Shown in pieces: positions 39,919 to 48,714 of a stretch of DNA of 64,000 nucleotides. The DNA lies in the NCBI GenBank assembly GCA_965222605.1, contig OZ244960.1, forward strand, positions 4,928,001-4,992,000, given 5' to 3'. The stretch comes from Candidatus Latescibacterota bacterium (GTDB taxonomy: Bacteria > Latescibacterota > UBA2968). How positions within the stretch are numbered: the stretch's first letter is position 1; each line of letters starts with the position of its first letter. The notes under the pieces are model-generated. The model did no database searches, was not told the origin of the DNA, and saw nothing but the letters and a program-made list of their open reading frames with translations. The translations under genes and the position numbers were made by a program.

Positions 39919-40181
39919 AAAGATATCACGATGTAAGAGATCTTTATTTTAATGACGATGAAATGTCCGTAACCATTGATGGGCAAAAGAGAAGGTTTGT
40001 GCTCAGTGAGATTTCACCTGCATTGCAGAAGGCATCTGTTGAAGCGAGGAATATGTATGAAATTTCTCCCTCGGGTTATGGCATTCACTGGCCGTTAATT
40101 GACGAGGATTTGTCAATCGATGGCTTGCTGGGCATTGTTCATTCACCACAGAAAATATTGACGAGAACGCAATACGTCTAA
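39915..40181 (+). CDS. DUF2442 protein (putative antitoxin)
   Basis: GIHWPLIDEDLSIDGLL; ATGA overlap with DUF4160. Confidence 0.85.
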   Translation: MKRYHDVRDLYFNDDEMSVTIDGQKRRFVLSEISPALQKASVEARNMYEISPSGYGIHWPLIDEDLSIDGLLGIVHSPQKILTRTQYV

Positions 40182-40216
40182 CCGTTAATCCACAATCGTA
40201 AATGAAAGGATATGTT

Positions 40217-40762
40217 ATGGCAGATGTTTTGATTATAGGCGATGGACCTGCGGGATTGAGTGCCGCGTTGTTTTTGGCGAAGAATGGTCAGAATGTGACG
40301 GTGTTTGGACAAGATGGCACGCCGATGCACAAGGCCCTGCTCTACAATTATCTGGGCATTCCCGAGATAACGGGCAGTGAGTTTCAGCGGGTTTCTCGAG
40401 CGCAAGTCCAAAATTTGGGCGGCAAAATTGAGGATGTAGAAGTGGCCGATGCTGAAAAGACCGATGTCGGGTTTGCCGTTACAACGGGGGATGGAGATCG
40501 AAGAGAGGGGAAGTATCTCATTTTAGCTACCGGCACGAATACCAAATTGGCCGAGGGTCTGAGTTTGGCTAAGGAGAACAAGGGTATTGTTGCAGATGGA
40601 GATGGCCGCACCTCTGTTGAGGGGCTTTTTGCAGTGGGTTGGAATACGCGTCTCATCCGCACGCAGGCGATTATTTCTGCCGGGCAGGGTGCCGCGACTG
40701 CGCTGGAAATTCTATCGCTTGAAGCTGGCGAAGATTTCCATGACTTTGATGTTGTTGAATAA
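40217..40762 (+). CDS. Short FAD-dependent oxidoreductase (thioredoxin reductase-like FAD domain only)
   Basis: IIGDGPAGLSAA; LILATG; TSVEGLFAVG. Confidence 0.85.
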   Translation: MADVLIIGDGPAGLSAALFLAKNGQNVTVFGQDGTPMHKALLYNYLGIPEITGSEFQRVSRAQVQNLGGKIEDVEVADAEKTDVGFAVTTGDGDRREGKYLILATGTNTKLAEGLSLAKENKGIVADGDGRTSVEGLFAVGWNTRLIRTQAIISAGQGAATALEILSLEAGEDFHDFDVVE

Positions 40763-40878
40763 GTTGGGATAAATTTCTCCGGGAGGTTCCAGGCATGTCC
40801 TGTGCAGGACAAGGTATCTGGAGCCTCTTTTTTGATCCTGAATGAACGGGATCAAAATGAATGGAAGGAGGAAATAGT

Positions 40879-41082
40879 ATGACGGGACAAGGTTCGGGTG
40901 GCAATGTTCTTGCAGCTTTGTGTAGCTTTTTTATCCCGGGTTTGGGTCAGTTGCTTCAGGGACGTTTGCTCATTGCCCTTTTCCAATTTTTTTTGGCGGC
41001 CATCCTGTGGTTTATCTGGATGGGCTGGGTGATTCACCTGTGGTCGGTTTTGAACGCGGCCCGATGGAGACCAGGAGATTAA
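40879..41082 (+). CDS. Small membrane protein (PGLGQ motif)
   Basis: AAGGAGG RBS; SFFIPGLGQL; two TM segments. Confidence 0.75.
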   Translation: MTGQGSGGNVLAALCSFFIPGLGQLLQGRLLIALFQFFLAAILWFIWMGWVIHLWSVLNAARWRPGD

Positions 41083-41093
41083 GAGGAACTCAG

Positions 41094-42206
41094 GTGAAAA
41101 TTGATGCCGCAGAAATTCGATATGTCGAGTTGCCACTGATTTCGCCGTGGCGCACGGCTTATGGTGAGGATGCGACGATTCATTCGGTGATGGTTAAACT
41201 CTCGGGTGGAGGAACTACTGCCTGGGGTGAGGCTACGCCGTTTTATGCGCCGACCTATTCGCCGGAGTCAGCCCGATCTGTTTATGAGACGGCGCGGGAA
41301 TTTTTCTTGCCGCATCTGGTAGGAGAGCAAATAGAGACTGCTGCGGAACTGATGGCGCGGATTGTGGTGTTTAAGGGCAATCCCTTTGCCAAAGCGGCTG
41401 TGGAGACCGCGTGGTGGGCATTGGATAGCAAGTTGAAGGGCATACCACTCTGGCAGTCGCTGGGCGCGACTGATCCGACGGTGGTCTGTGGCGCTGATTT
41501 TGGTGTGCAGGATACGATTGATGAACTTTTATCGCTGATCCAGGGTGCTGTGGATGTGGGATATCCGCGTATTAAATTGAAAGTGAAGCATGGATGGGAT
41601 ATTGAGATGCTCAAAGCCGTGCGCTCGGCTTTTCCCGATCCCGTGATTCATGTGGATTGCAACTCGGGATATGATTTGAATGCGGATTTTGATACGCTCA
41701 AGGCATTTGATCAATTCAATTTGGCGATGATTGAGCAGCCATTGGATCATCTGGACCTGATTGAGCACGCGGAGTTACAAAGCCAAATTGAAACGCCCGT
41801 GTGTTTGGATGAGTCGGTCAAACGCCCCCGGGATTTTGAACTTGCTTTGAAAATTGGCGCATGTCGCGTGATCAATGTGAAACCCGGTCGCGTGGGAGGT
41901 TTGTTCAATGCCGTGAAAATTCACGACATTGCGCGCGATGCGGGCATAGATGCGTGGGTGGGCGGGATGCTGGAGAGCGGTGTTGGTGCTGGGATTTGTG
42001 CGGCGTTGGGTACGTTGTCCGGATTTAACTATCCGGCAGATGTGTTTCCTTCGCGCAAATTCTATGTTGAGGATATTACAGATCGGTGGATTGAGCAGGA
42101 TGAGAATTGCAATGTGGTACTGGACGAGACGCCAGGCGTTGGATTTGATCCGATTTCCGAACGTCTGGAGAAGGTGACGGTTATGAGGGCGGTTGTAGAG
42201 GCGTAA
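41094..42206 (+). CDS. menC: o-succinylbenzoate synthase / N-acylamino acid racemase (enolase superfamily)
   Basis: RIKLK; VDCN; EQP; LDES; NVKPGRVGG; GGMLESG. Confidence 0.85.
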   Translation: MKIDAAEIRYVELPLISPWRTAYGEDATIHSVMVKLSGGGTTAWGEATPFYAPTYSPESARSVYETAREFFLPHLVGEQIETAAELMARIVVFKGNPFAKAAVETAWWALDSKLKGIPLWQSLGATDPTVVCGADFGVQDTIDELLSLIQGAVDVGYPRIKLKVKHGWDIEMLKAVRSAFPDPVIHVDCNSGYDLNADFDTLKAFDQFNLAMIEQPLDHLDLIEHAELQSQIETPVCLDESVKRPRDFELALKIGACRVINVKPGRVGGLFNAVKIHDIARDAGIDAWVGGMLESGVGAGICAALGTLSGFNYPADVFPSRKFYVEDITDRWIEQDENCNVVLDETPGVGFDPISERLEKVTVMRAVVEA

Positions 42207-42226
42207 GAGCAATTACAGTAAAGGTC

Positions 42227-42270
42227 AAAAATAACAGTCCTATCGAATTCGGTAGGACTGTTTTATTTTG
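42227..42270. terminator. Bidirectional terminator
   Basis: aacagtccta-N11-taggactgtt with A/T tails. Confidence 0.8.
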
Positions 42271-42287
42271 AATAGTGAATCCCAATT

Positions 42288-42542
42288 TCACGGTTCAACT
42301 AACTCCTGTTCCAGAATTTTACCTTCTCTAACTTCGGCAATTGACTGACGCAAATGATCTGCATTGACAGGGTTTGATAGCAGGTACAGAGTTTCCTGCC
42401 AGGAATTAAATTCTTCCAAAGATAGGAGGACGACTTTCTGACTTCCCTCCCCACAAATAATCATCGGTTCAGCATCGGCTGTAACGCGCTCAATGATGCG
42501 ATCCAGGTCGTTTTTTGCTTCATTTACAGTGATGGCATTCAT
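42288..42542 (-). CDS. yefM: Phd/YefM family antitoxin (orphan)
   Basis: VLLSLEEFNSWQETLYLLSNP.NA.HL..SI. Confidence 0.9.
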   Translation of the reverse strand: MNAITVNEAKNDLDRIIERVTADAEPMIICGEGSQKVVLLSLEEFNSWQETLYLLSNPVNADHLRQSIAEVREGKILEQELVEP

Positions 42543-42649
42543 AGATAACCGCCTCGAGTTAAAAAATTCGAAATTTTTTTCTGCACAAAATATACCGTAA
42601 TTGCAACACTCGGTCAATATAGTGAGATTAGCTTTTTGATTCACTTTCT

Positions 42650-42885
42650 TTAAGCAGGCACAAATTTGCTCTCTATCGGTTCTACGGTGACAGATACGGT
42701 GAGCGCGTGTTGACCACCGCCCAGGACCACGCCTTTGAGGGGGGTGACATCGGCAAAGTCGCGGCCCCAGGCCACGGTGATGTGTCGGTCATCGGGCATG
42801 AGGTTGTTGGTTGGATCAAAGTCGATCCAACCGTGATTGGGCAGGTACAAAGAGAACCATGCATGGGAGGCATCCGCGCGTCAGG
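42650..42885 (-). pseudogene. 3' remnant of a transglutaminase-family gene
   Basis: ADASHAW..LYLP..GWIDFDPTN..H.TVAWGRDFADV.P; in-frame TGA just upstream; N-terminal part absent. Confidence 0.85.
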
Positions 42886-43162
42886 CCGCCGGGCACGACA
42901 TAAATATCTTCGCCGTTGTAGAGAACCTGTCAATTGTTTTTTGGGTGAACGACGGGTCAGGATTTTAGGGTGGGAAGATGAGCAGGATGGAAGGCGGGAG
43001 GTATCCGCCGCATTGACCACGTACTGCAATTGCAGTATATTTTCTATTGAATCGTATCTGCATTTTGTGAGAGAGGGGGGGAAAGAATTGCTTGATTTGC
43101 GGTTTTAATCTATTACTTTTCTTCTACTTTTCTTCTACTTTAGGCCATTATTTTGAGGAGGT

Positions 43163-45016
43163 ATGGTTATGGCTATCGCTACTCAAAGTTTCCAAGATCG
43201 ACTCATGGACGGGGATATGACCCTGGATGTTTCTCCGGAGGTGGATCCGAGCAATCTGGTGTATTACAAATTGTGCTCTGCTGATGATTTTGAAGAAGGC
43301 GAAGGAAAGCCGTTTACGGTGGAGGGCACCCACATCGCCGTTTTCCGCTACGAGGGGAGGTTCAATGCGGTGGACAACCGGTGTCCGCACATGGGATATC
43401 CGATGTCCGAGGGCAGCGTTCGGGACGGGGTCCTAATCTGTCACTGGCACCACTGGGAGTTCGACCTTAAGACGGGCGGCTGTTTCATAACCTCCGGAGC
43501 TGGAAACGATCTGAAGAGCTTTCCCTTGGAGGTGCGAGACGACGGGTGTCTGTACGTGGGGCTTGCGCCGGGCGAAAAAGAGGCGGCCAGACGCCGGCGG
43601 ATTGACCGGGGGAAGTATATTCTTGAGCAGGGTCTAAAAGATCGGAGCTCGCTCCTGATTGCCAAGGCGATTACCGCGCTAAGGGCTGTGGGTGCCACGC
43701 CGCAGGAGATGATCCAGCAGGGACTTTTTTATGGGGCATATAAATCGAATGAGGGTTGGTCATCGGGGGTGGCCATTTTGACGCTGGCTGCAAATATGTG
43801 GGAAGATGTAGATGAGAAGGACCACAATCTTTTCCTGGTCCACGGGCTGACGCAGATTTCCAGACGCACATCAGGAGGTTCGCGGCGGCAGGGTTTCTCT
43901 TTGCCCAAAACATCGGACGAACCGGACTTGGCGACCCTCAAACGCTGGTTCCGGCGGCTGGTAGATCAGCGCAGCAGCAGCGCTGCACAGCGCATTCTGA
44001 TGACCCTGTACGACCGTGGATATTCACCAGAAGAGATTGCGGATATCGTTTTTACCACGGCGACGGATTTCTATTTTACCGGGGACGGTCATGCGCTCGA
44101 TTTCGCGAATAAGATGTTCGAGGCCTTAGATTATGTGGACTGGGAAGGGGCGAATGAGATTTTGCGACCGATTGTGGTGGACTTAGTGGGCAGGGAACGA
44201 CACGAGGAGACCGCCCGGTGGGAAGACAGCGTGCCGGTCTTGGAAGATATTTTCACCCGTCTGGACGAGATGTGGGAAGCGAACCAGAAGAACGAGGCAA
44301 CGCTGGATATTTCTGCTTTTACGCAGACGCTGCTGGGGGAGGAGTTCGAGCCGATTGTCGCCGAGATCGAAGACAAACTGCGCGAGGGTGTGAAGCCCAC
44401 GGATATCTGCCGGGCGATGACCTATGCCGGAGCCATCCGCACGGCGCGGTTCCACCTCAAGAACGAGGGGGACTGGCACGATGTGGCGAATATTTACTCT
44501 TACGCCCATGCCCTCTATCGCGCTTTCCACCGGGCGCCGAGCGAAGAGCTTTTGCGCGGCATTTTCCACGGCGCTGTGTTTATGACCTATTTGCGCTGGC
44601 TCAACATGCCAGCGGCCCGCCTGCCCAGGGAAGGACAGCGGCTGGACGAGACGTTCGCGTCTGAGGACAAGATGTTGGACCGGCTACAGGAATTTGCGGA
44701 TTTCCAGAAGGTCTTCGAGGCTGAGGTGCTGGTAAGCCAGTACCTGGAGGAAGGATACGATATCGCGAAGCTCAGGCATACTTTGGCCCATATTATGCTG
44801 CGCGAGGATGCGGAGTTGCACATGTTCCAGGTGCTGGAGGTGGCGTTCCTGCACTCCGACATGTCGGACGATCCGAAGGAGAAGCGTATGCACCTGCTGG
44901 CGGCGACCCGGTATATTACCGCCCAGAAGGTGATGAAGGGGATTCTGTGGTCCACGGAGAACGCGGAGCGGCTGCAGCGCGGGGAACTGCTAAGCGAGCG
45001 AGATGATGATAATTAG
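43163..45016 (+). CDS. Rieske [2Fe-2S] domain fused to a large helical domain
   Basis: CPHMG...CHWHHWEFD; GHALDF.NK.FE; REDAELH; GAGGAGG RBS. Confidence 0.88.
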   Translation: MVMAIATQSFQDRLMDGDMTLDVSPEVDPSNLVYYKLCSADDFEEGEGKPFTVEGTHIAVFRYEGRFNAVDNRCPHMGYPMSEGSVRDGVLICHWHHWEFDLKTGGCFITSGAGNDLKSFPLEVRDDGCLYVGLAPGEKEAARRRRIDRGKYILEQGLKDRSSLLIAKAITALRAVGATPQEMIQQGLFYGAYKSNEGWSSGVAILTLAANMWEDVDEKDHNLFLVHGLTQISRRTSGGSRRQGFSLPKTSDEPDLATLKRWFRRLVDQRSSSAAQRILMTLYDRGYSPEEIADIVFTTATDFYFTGDGHALDFANKMFEALDYVDWEGANEILRPIVVDLVGRERHEETARWEDSVPVLEDIFTRLDEMWEANQKNEATLDISAFTQTLLGEEFEPIVAEIEDKLREGVKPTDICRAMTYAGAIRTARFHLKNEGDWHDVANIYSYAHALYRAFHRAPSEELLRGIFHGAVFMTYLRWLNMPAARLPREGQRLDETFASEDKMLDRLQEFADFQKVFEAEVLVSQYLEEGYDIAKLRHTLAHIMLREDAELHMFQVLEVAFLHSDMSDDPKEKRMHLLAATRYITAQKVMKGILWSTENAERLQRGELLSERDDDN

Positions 45017-45075
45017 CGCAAGTTAGCCTGCAAACTGGTTCAAATTTTGGGTCACAGATCCCCTTTCACTGCTCC

Positions 45076-46098
45076 CTATCTGATCGCTAAAAATTTTCCA
45101 CCTTTTCTCGCCGATTCTTCGGCTGTAATGCAGGCATTGGCAACGGCGAGGGTATCGTCTGTTGAGATGAAGTTTTCTTTGCCGCGTGCGAATGCATCGA
45201 TCATATTCTCGACAAATGCGTGATTGGTTGAGGGAGGGAGTTCGGGTTCGTAAGTGCCCGATTTGTTGGAGACAATGAGCACATGGTCGTCGGCATAGGC
45301 GCGCAAGTGTGCCGAACCTTCGGTACCCATGATAATAAATCGCGTATCGCCAAAGGATCGCGCATCTTTGGGGGTGAGCCAATCGGCAGTGGCGGTGGCA
45401 AGTGCGCCATTGTCGAGTTGAAACGATGCCTGGACGTGATCGAATGTGAGGCCCGTGTTGATGTGCTTTTTGAGTGTGCCGAGCGCGTGAACACCTGTGT
45501 ATTCTGCGCCGGTAAGCCAGCGGACTTGATCCACGCCGTGGCCTGCCAAATCGTGGAATGTGCCCACATACTTGTCTGCATCGAAGTAGAGCGCAGGGGG
45601 ATTGACCTGCTGGCGCAGTTGTACACCGCTTGCACCGAGTTTGTGAGGATGCGTGGTGATGAGGCTCACGAGGTCGCCCAAATCGCCGTTTTGAATCGCC
45701 TGTCTCAGGGCGATAAATGCTCCATAACAGCGGGAAGTGAAAAAGGTGGAAAGTTTGATATTGTTCTTTGTTACAGCCGTTTTGATGCGTTGTAATTCTT
45801 CCCGCGTTCGGCAAAGTGGTTTGTCGAGTAGCATGTGGACGCTGGCTGCGGCGCATGTTTCAATGACATGCGTTTTTTCGTGATGCGCGAGGCCCTCAAT
45901 CACCAGATCGGGTTTTGCTTTTTCGAGCATCAGGTCGAGTGTGGCAAATCGGGTGATGCTGTGGTCTGCGGTATATTTTTCGCAAAGCGCGTCATCGGAT
46001 TCTACAATGCCGACGATTTCGCCATTTGACGCATTGACCGCCGAGTGAAACATACCACTTATATGTCCGTAGTGCATGCCCATAATACCGATTTTCAT
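45076..46098 (-). CDS. Gfo/Idh/MocA family oxidoreductase
   Basis: KIGIMG..YGH; DKPL; HPHKL; D..GHGVD; DWLTP. Confidence 0.9.
   Translation of the reverse strand: MKIGIMGMHYGHISGMFHSAVNASNGEIVGIVESDDALCEKYTADHSITRFATLDLMLEKAKPDLVIEGLAHHEKTHVIETCAAASVHMLLDKPLCRTREELQRIKTAVTKNNIKLSTFFTSRCYGAFIALRQAIQNGDLGDLVSLITTHPHKLGASGVQLRQQVNPPALYFDADKYVGTFHDLAGHGVDQVRWLTGAEYTGVHALGTLKKHINTGLTFDHVQASFQLDNGALATATADWLTPKDARSFGDTRFIIMGTEGSAHLRAYADDHVLIVSNKSGTYEPELPPSTNHAFVENMIDAFARGKENFISTDDTLAVANACITAEESARKGGKFLAIR
45608..45630. repeat. 23-nt repeat copy inside the Gfo coding sequence
   Basis: tgctggcgcagttgtacaccgct is identical to 60999-61021. Confidence 0.75.
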
Positions 46099-46111
46099 AA
46101 TAGCGTCCTTC

Positions 46112-46888
46112 CTACGCTCGCCACCTGCGCGATTCGAGTACCGTATGTGTTAAAAAGAGAAAAAAAGCCGCAGCACTTATAAAAAATACCACGTCGTGCG
46201 TATCGACGACACCGTGAATCATGTCTCGGGTGTGTTCTATAAGGGAGAGAAATTTCAAAATAACAAAAAATATGTCGCTGGCAAAACGCGCGGCCCAGTC
46301 GATAATCCACAATAGAATTAAAAAGAAAAAAGACAACACAGCCGCGATAATCTGATTCTCAGTCAAAGACGATGCCAAAATGCCCACACTGATAAATGTG
46401 GCGCCAATCAGCACCACAGCCAGTGCACCTGAAAAAATGGCCCCCCAGTCCAATTGCGCGTACATAGACAACACGCCAATATATCCGAAGGCCATCACTT
46501 CGATTAGCAAATACAATACATAACAAGCGAGAAACTTGCCTATCAAAATTTGTGCCGAAGTAATCGGCGAAGTCATCAACAGTTCATACGTGCCCCCGCG
46601 TTTTTCCTCGGCATAGAGACGCATCGTAAGCATTGGAATCACAATCATCCAGATAAAAATCTGAAATTCAAAAAATGGTGTGACAACCTCTGTATTGACG
46701 TTTAGTAGAATTTTTTCTTCGCGTTCTGCCAATTTTAGATACACGCTCATATCGTGAAATTCGAGCAACTGATTGCGAAAAACAAAGCCGTTAAATAGCA
46801 AAAACACACCGGCCATCACATAAGCAATTGGCGAGCCAAAATACGACCGCATCTCTTTGCCAAAAATCGCCATTATATTGCCCATCAC
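46112..46888 (-). CDS. ABC-2 type permease (GldF-like)
   Basis: KEMRSYF.SPIAY; MRLYAEEKR.GTYELL.TSP; SSLTENQI. Confidence 0.9.
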   Translation of the reverse strand: MMGNIMAIFGKEMRSYFGSPIAYVMAGVFLLFNGFVFRNQLLEFHDMSVYLKLAEREEKILLNVNTEVVTPFFEFQIFIWMIVIPMLTMRLYAEEKRGGTYELLMTSPITSAQILIGKFLACYVLYLLIEVMAFGYIGVLSMYAQLDWGAIFSGALAVVLIGATFISVGILASSLTENQIIAAVLSFFFLILLWIIDWAARFASDIFFVILKFLSLIEHTRDMIHGVVDTHDVVFFISAAAFFLFLTHTVLESRRWRA

Positions 46889-47811
46889 ATCCTCTCCTCG
46901 CGCATGGTCAGTGCTTGAAAAATTTCTTCCAAAGACATCGCCTCTTGCTTCATTTCCACCAGCCCCATACCCAATTCGACAACGCGCGCCGATACTGCGG
47001 CACTCAAATCCGCTTCAGCCGGCCAATGGACATGCAGCCCATTGTTTGTGCGCGTCACGTCGCTAATCCCTTCAATAGTGGCAATGGCTTTGGCTGCAAC
47101 ATCCAGGTCGCCCGATATCCGAACAAAAAATCGCGTTGTGTCGCGCATATTAGCCGTGAGATTTTCAGTGGTATCAACGGCGACAATTCTGCCTTCGTGA
47201 ATAATGACCACGCGGTTGCAGGTCATTTCAACTTCGGGCAAGATATGCGTGCTCAAAATCACCGTGCGCTCCCGGGCCAGTTCGCGGATCAATTGTCGCA
47301 CCTCAATAATCTGATTGGGATCGAGGCCCGAGGTGGGTTCATCCATGATGATCACCTCGGGGTCGTGCAAAATCGCCTGTGCAAGCCCTACCCGCTGTCG
47401 ATATCCTTTGGACAAATGACCGATGAGTTGCTCGGTGCGATCCACAATCCCGCATTGAACGACAACTTCATCAATTCGCCGTCTAGATTCTCTTGGCGCA
47501 ACGCCCTTGATTTTAGCGATAAACTCCAGGTATGTACGCACGCGCATATCGCGATACAGGGGCGGTAATTCGGGCAAATACCCAATGCGTTTTTTGACTT
47601 CCAATGAATTGTCAAAAATGTCGTAGCCAGCAATGCGCGCCGTGCCTTCTGTAGCGGGCAAAAAACAGGTAAGCACGCGCATGGTCGTGGTTTTGCCCGC
47701 GCCGTTTGGCCCCAAAAAACCGACAATTTCGCCTTTACCTACCTGAAACGAAATGTCGTCAACAGCCGTAAACGCGCCGTATCGCTTTGTCAGGCGATCA
47801 ACTTCTATCAC
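46885..47811 (-). CDS. ABC transporter ATP-binding protein (GldA-like)
   Basis: GPNGAGKTT; LSKGYRQRVG; DEPTSGLDP. Confidence 0.95.
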   Translation of the reverse strand: MIEVDRLTKRYGAFTAVDDISFQVGKGEIVGFLGPNGAGKTTTMRVLTCFLPATEGTARIAGYDIFDNSLEVKKRIGYLPELPPLYRDMRVRTYLEFIAKIKGVAPRESRRRIDEVVVQCGIVDRTEQLIGHLSKGYRQRVGLAQAILHDPEVIIMDEPTSGLDPNQIIEVRQLIRELARERTVILSTHILPEVEMTCNRVVIIHEGRIVAVDTTENLTANMRDTTRFFVRISGDLDVAAKAIATIEGISDVTRTNNGLHVHWPAEADLSAAVSARVVELGMGLVEMKQEAMSLEEIFQALTMREERM

Positions 47812-47821
47812 ATCTTGCTCC

Positions 47822-48703
47822 TTATCCCTTAATTTTCTTTGCCCGCATCCTGAAAAATTGCATCAACGGTTCGTGATACGCCCCTTGAGTCGAAATATTC
47901 ACGGCGTCTAAGCCCATGCGCCGAAACAACGCTTCGCGGTCATCGCGCTCTTTTCGCGTTAGCTTTTGAAATGCCTCGCGCACTGCTGCATCGCCAAAAT
48001 CGACCATTATGCCTTCGCCCGTCTCGGCATCTTCCAACTCCACAATGCCGATTGCAGGCAGGTCGTACTCGCGCGGATCTTCCAGCGCTATCGCTACCAG
48101 ATCATGACGCCGATTGGCAACGCGCAATGCTTTCTCATAGTCAGAAGCAAAAAAATCTGATACCAGAAACACGACACTGCGCCGATAGGTCACGCGATTC
48201 AAATACTCCAATGCCGCATCGATATTTGTACTACGCCCTGAGGGCTGAAAGTACAACAACTCTCGAATTACGCGCAGCACATGCTTTTTGCCCTTTTTAG
48301 GGGGAATAAACAACTCGACTTCATCGGTGAAAATGATCAGTCCCACGCGATCGTTATTCTGAATTGCGGAAAAGGCGAGCAAAGCGCAAATCTCAGCACC
48401 TATCTCGCCTTTCATTTGCGCCACCGTTCCAAAGTCTCCCGACGCACTCGCATCCACCATCAATATCACGGTGAGTTCACGCTCCTCGTCGAACACTTTG
48501 ACAAAGGGATCACCCATACGCGCTGTCACGTTCCAGTCAATTGTGCGAACATCATCGCCGGGTTGATATTCTCGCACTTCCGCAAACGCCATGCCCCTGC
48601 CTTTAAATACCGAATGGTATTCGCCGGCAAAAATTGTATTTACCAGATTGCGCGTGCGCAACTCAATGCGTTTCACTTTTTTTAAAATTTCAGTTGGAAT
48701 CAT
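47822..48703 (-). CDS. DUF58 domain protein
   Basis: GMAFAEVREYQPGDDVRTIDWNVTAR. Confidence 0.95.
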   Translation of the reverse strand: MIPTEILKKVKRIELRTRNLVNTIFAGEYHSVFKGRGMAFAEVREYQPGDDVRTIDWNVTARMGDPFVKVFDEERELTVILMVDASASGDFGTVAQMKGEIGAEICALLAFSAIQNNDRVGLIIFTDEVELFIPPKKGKKHVLRVIRELLYFQPSGRSTNIDAALEYLNRVTYRRSVVFLVSDFFASDYEKALRVANRRHDLVAIALEDPREYDLPAIGIVELEDAETGEGIMVDFGDAAVREAFQKLTRKERDDREALFRRMGLDAVNISTQGAYHEPLMQFFRMRAKKIKG

Positions 48704-48714
48704 AGAAAAAGCTA

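Noticed and set aside
45023-45856. 277-aa Arg-rich ORF on the - strand
   Set aside because: Alternate frame of the Gfo gene
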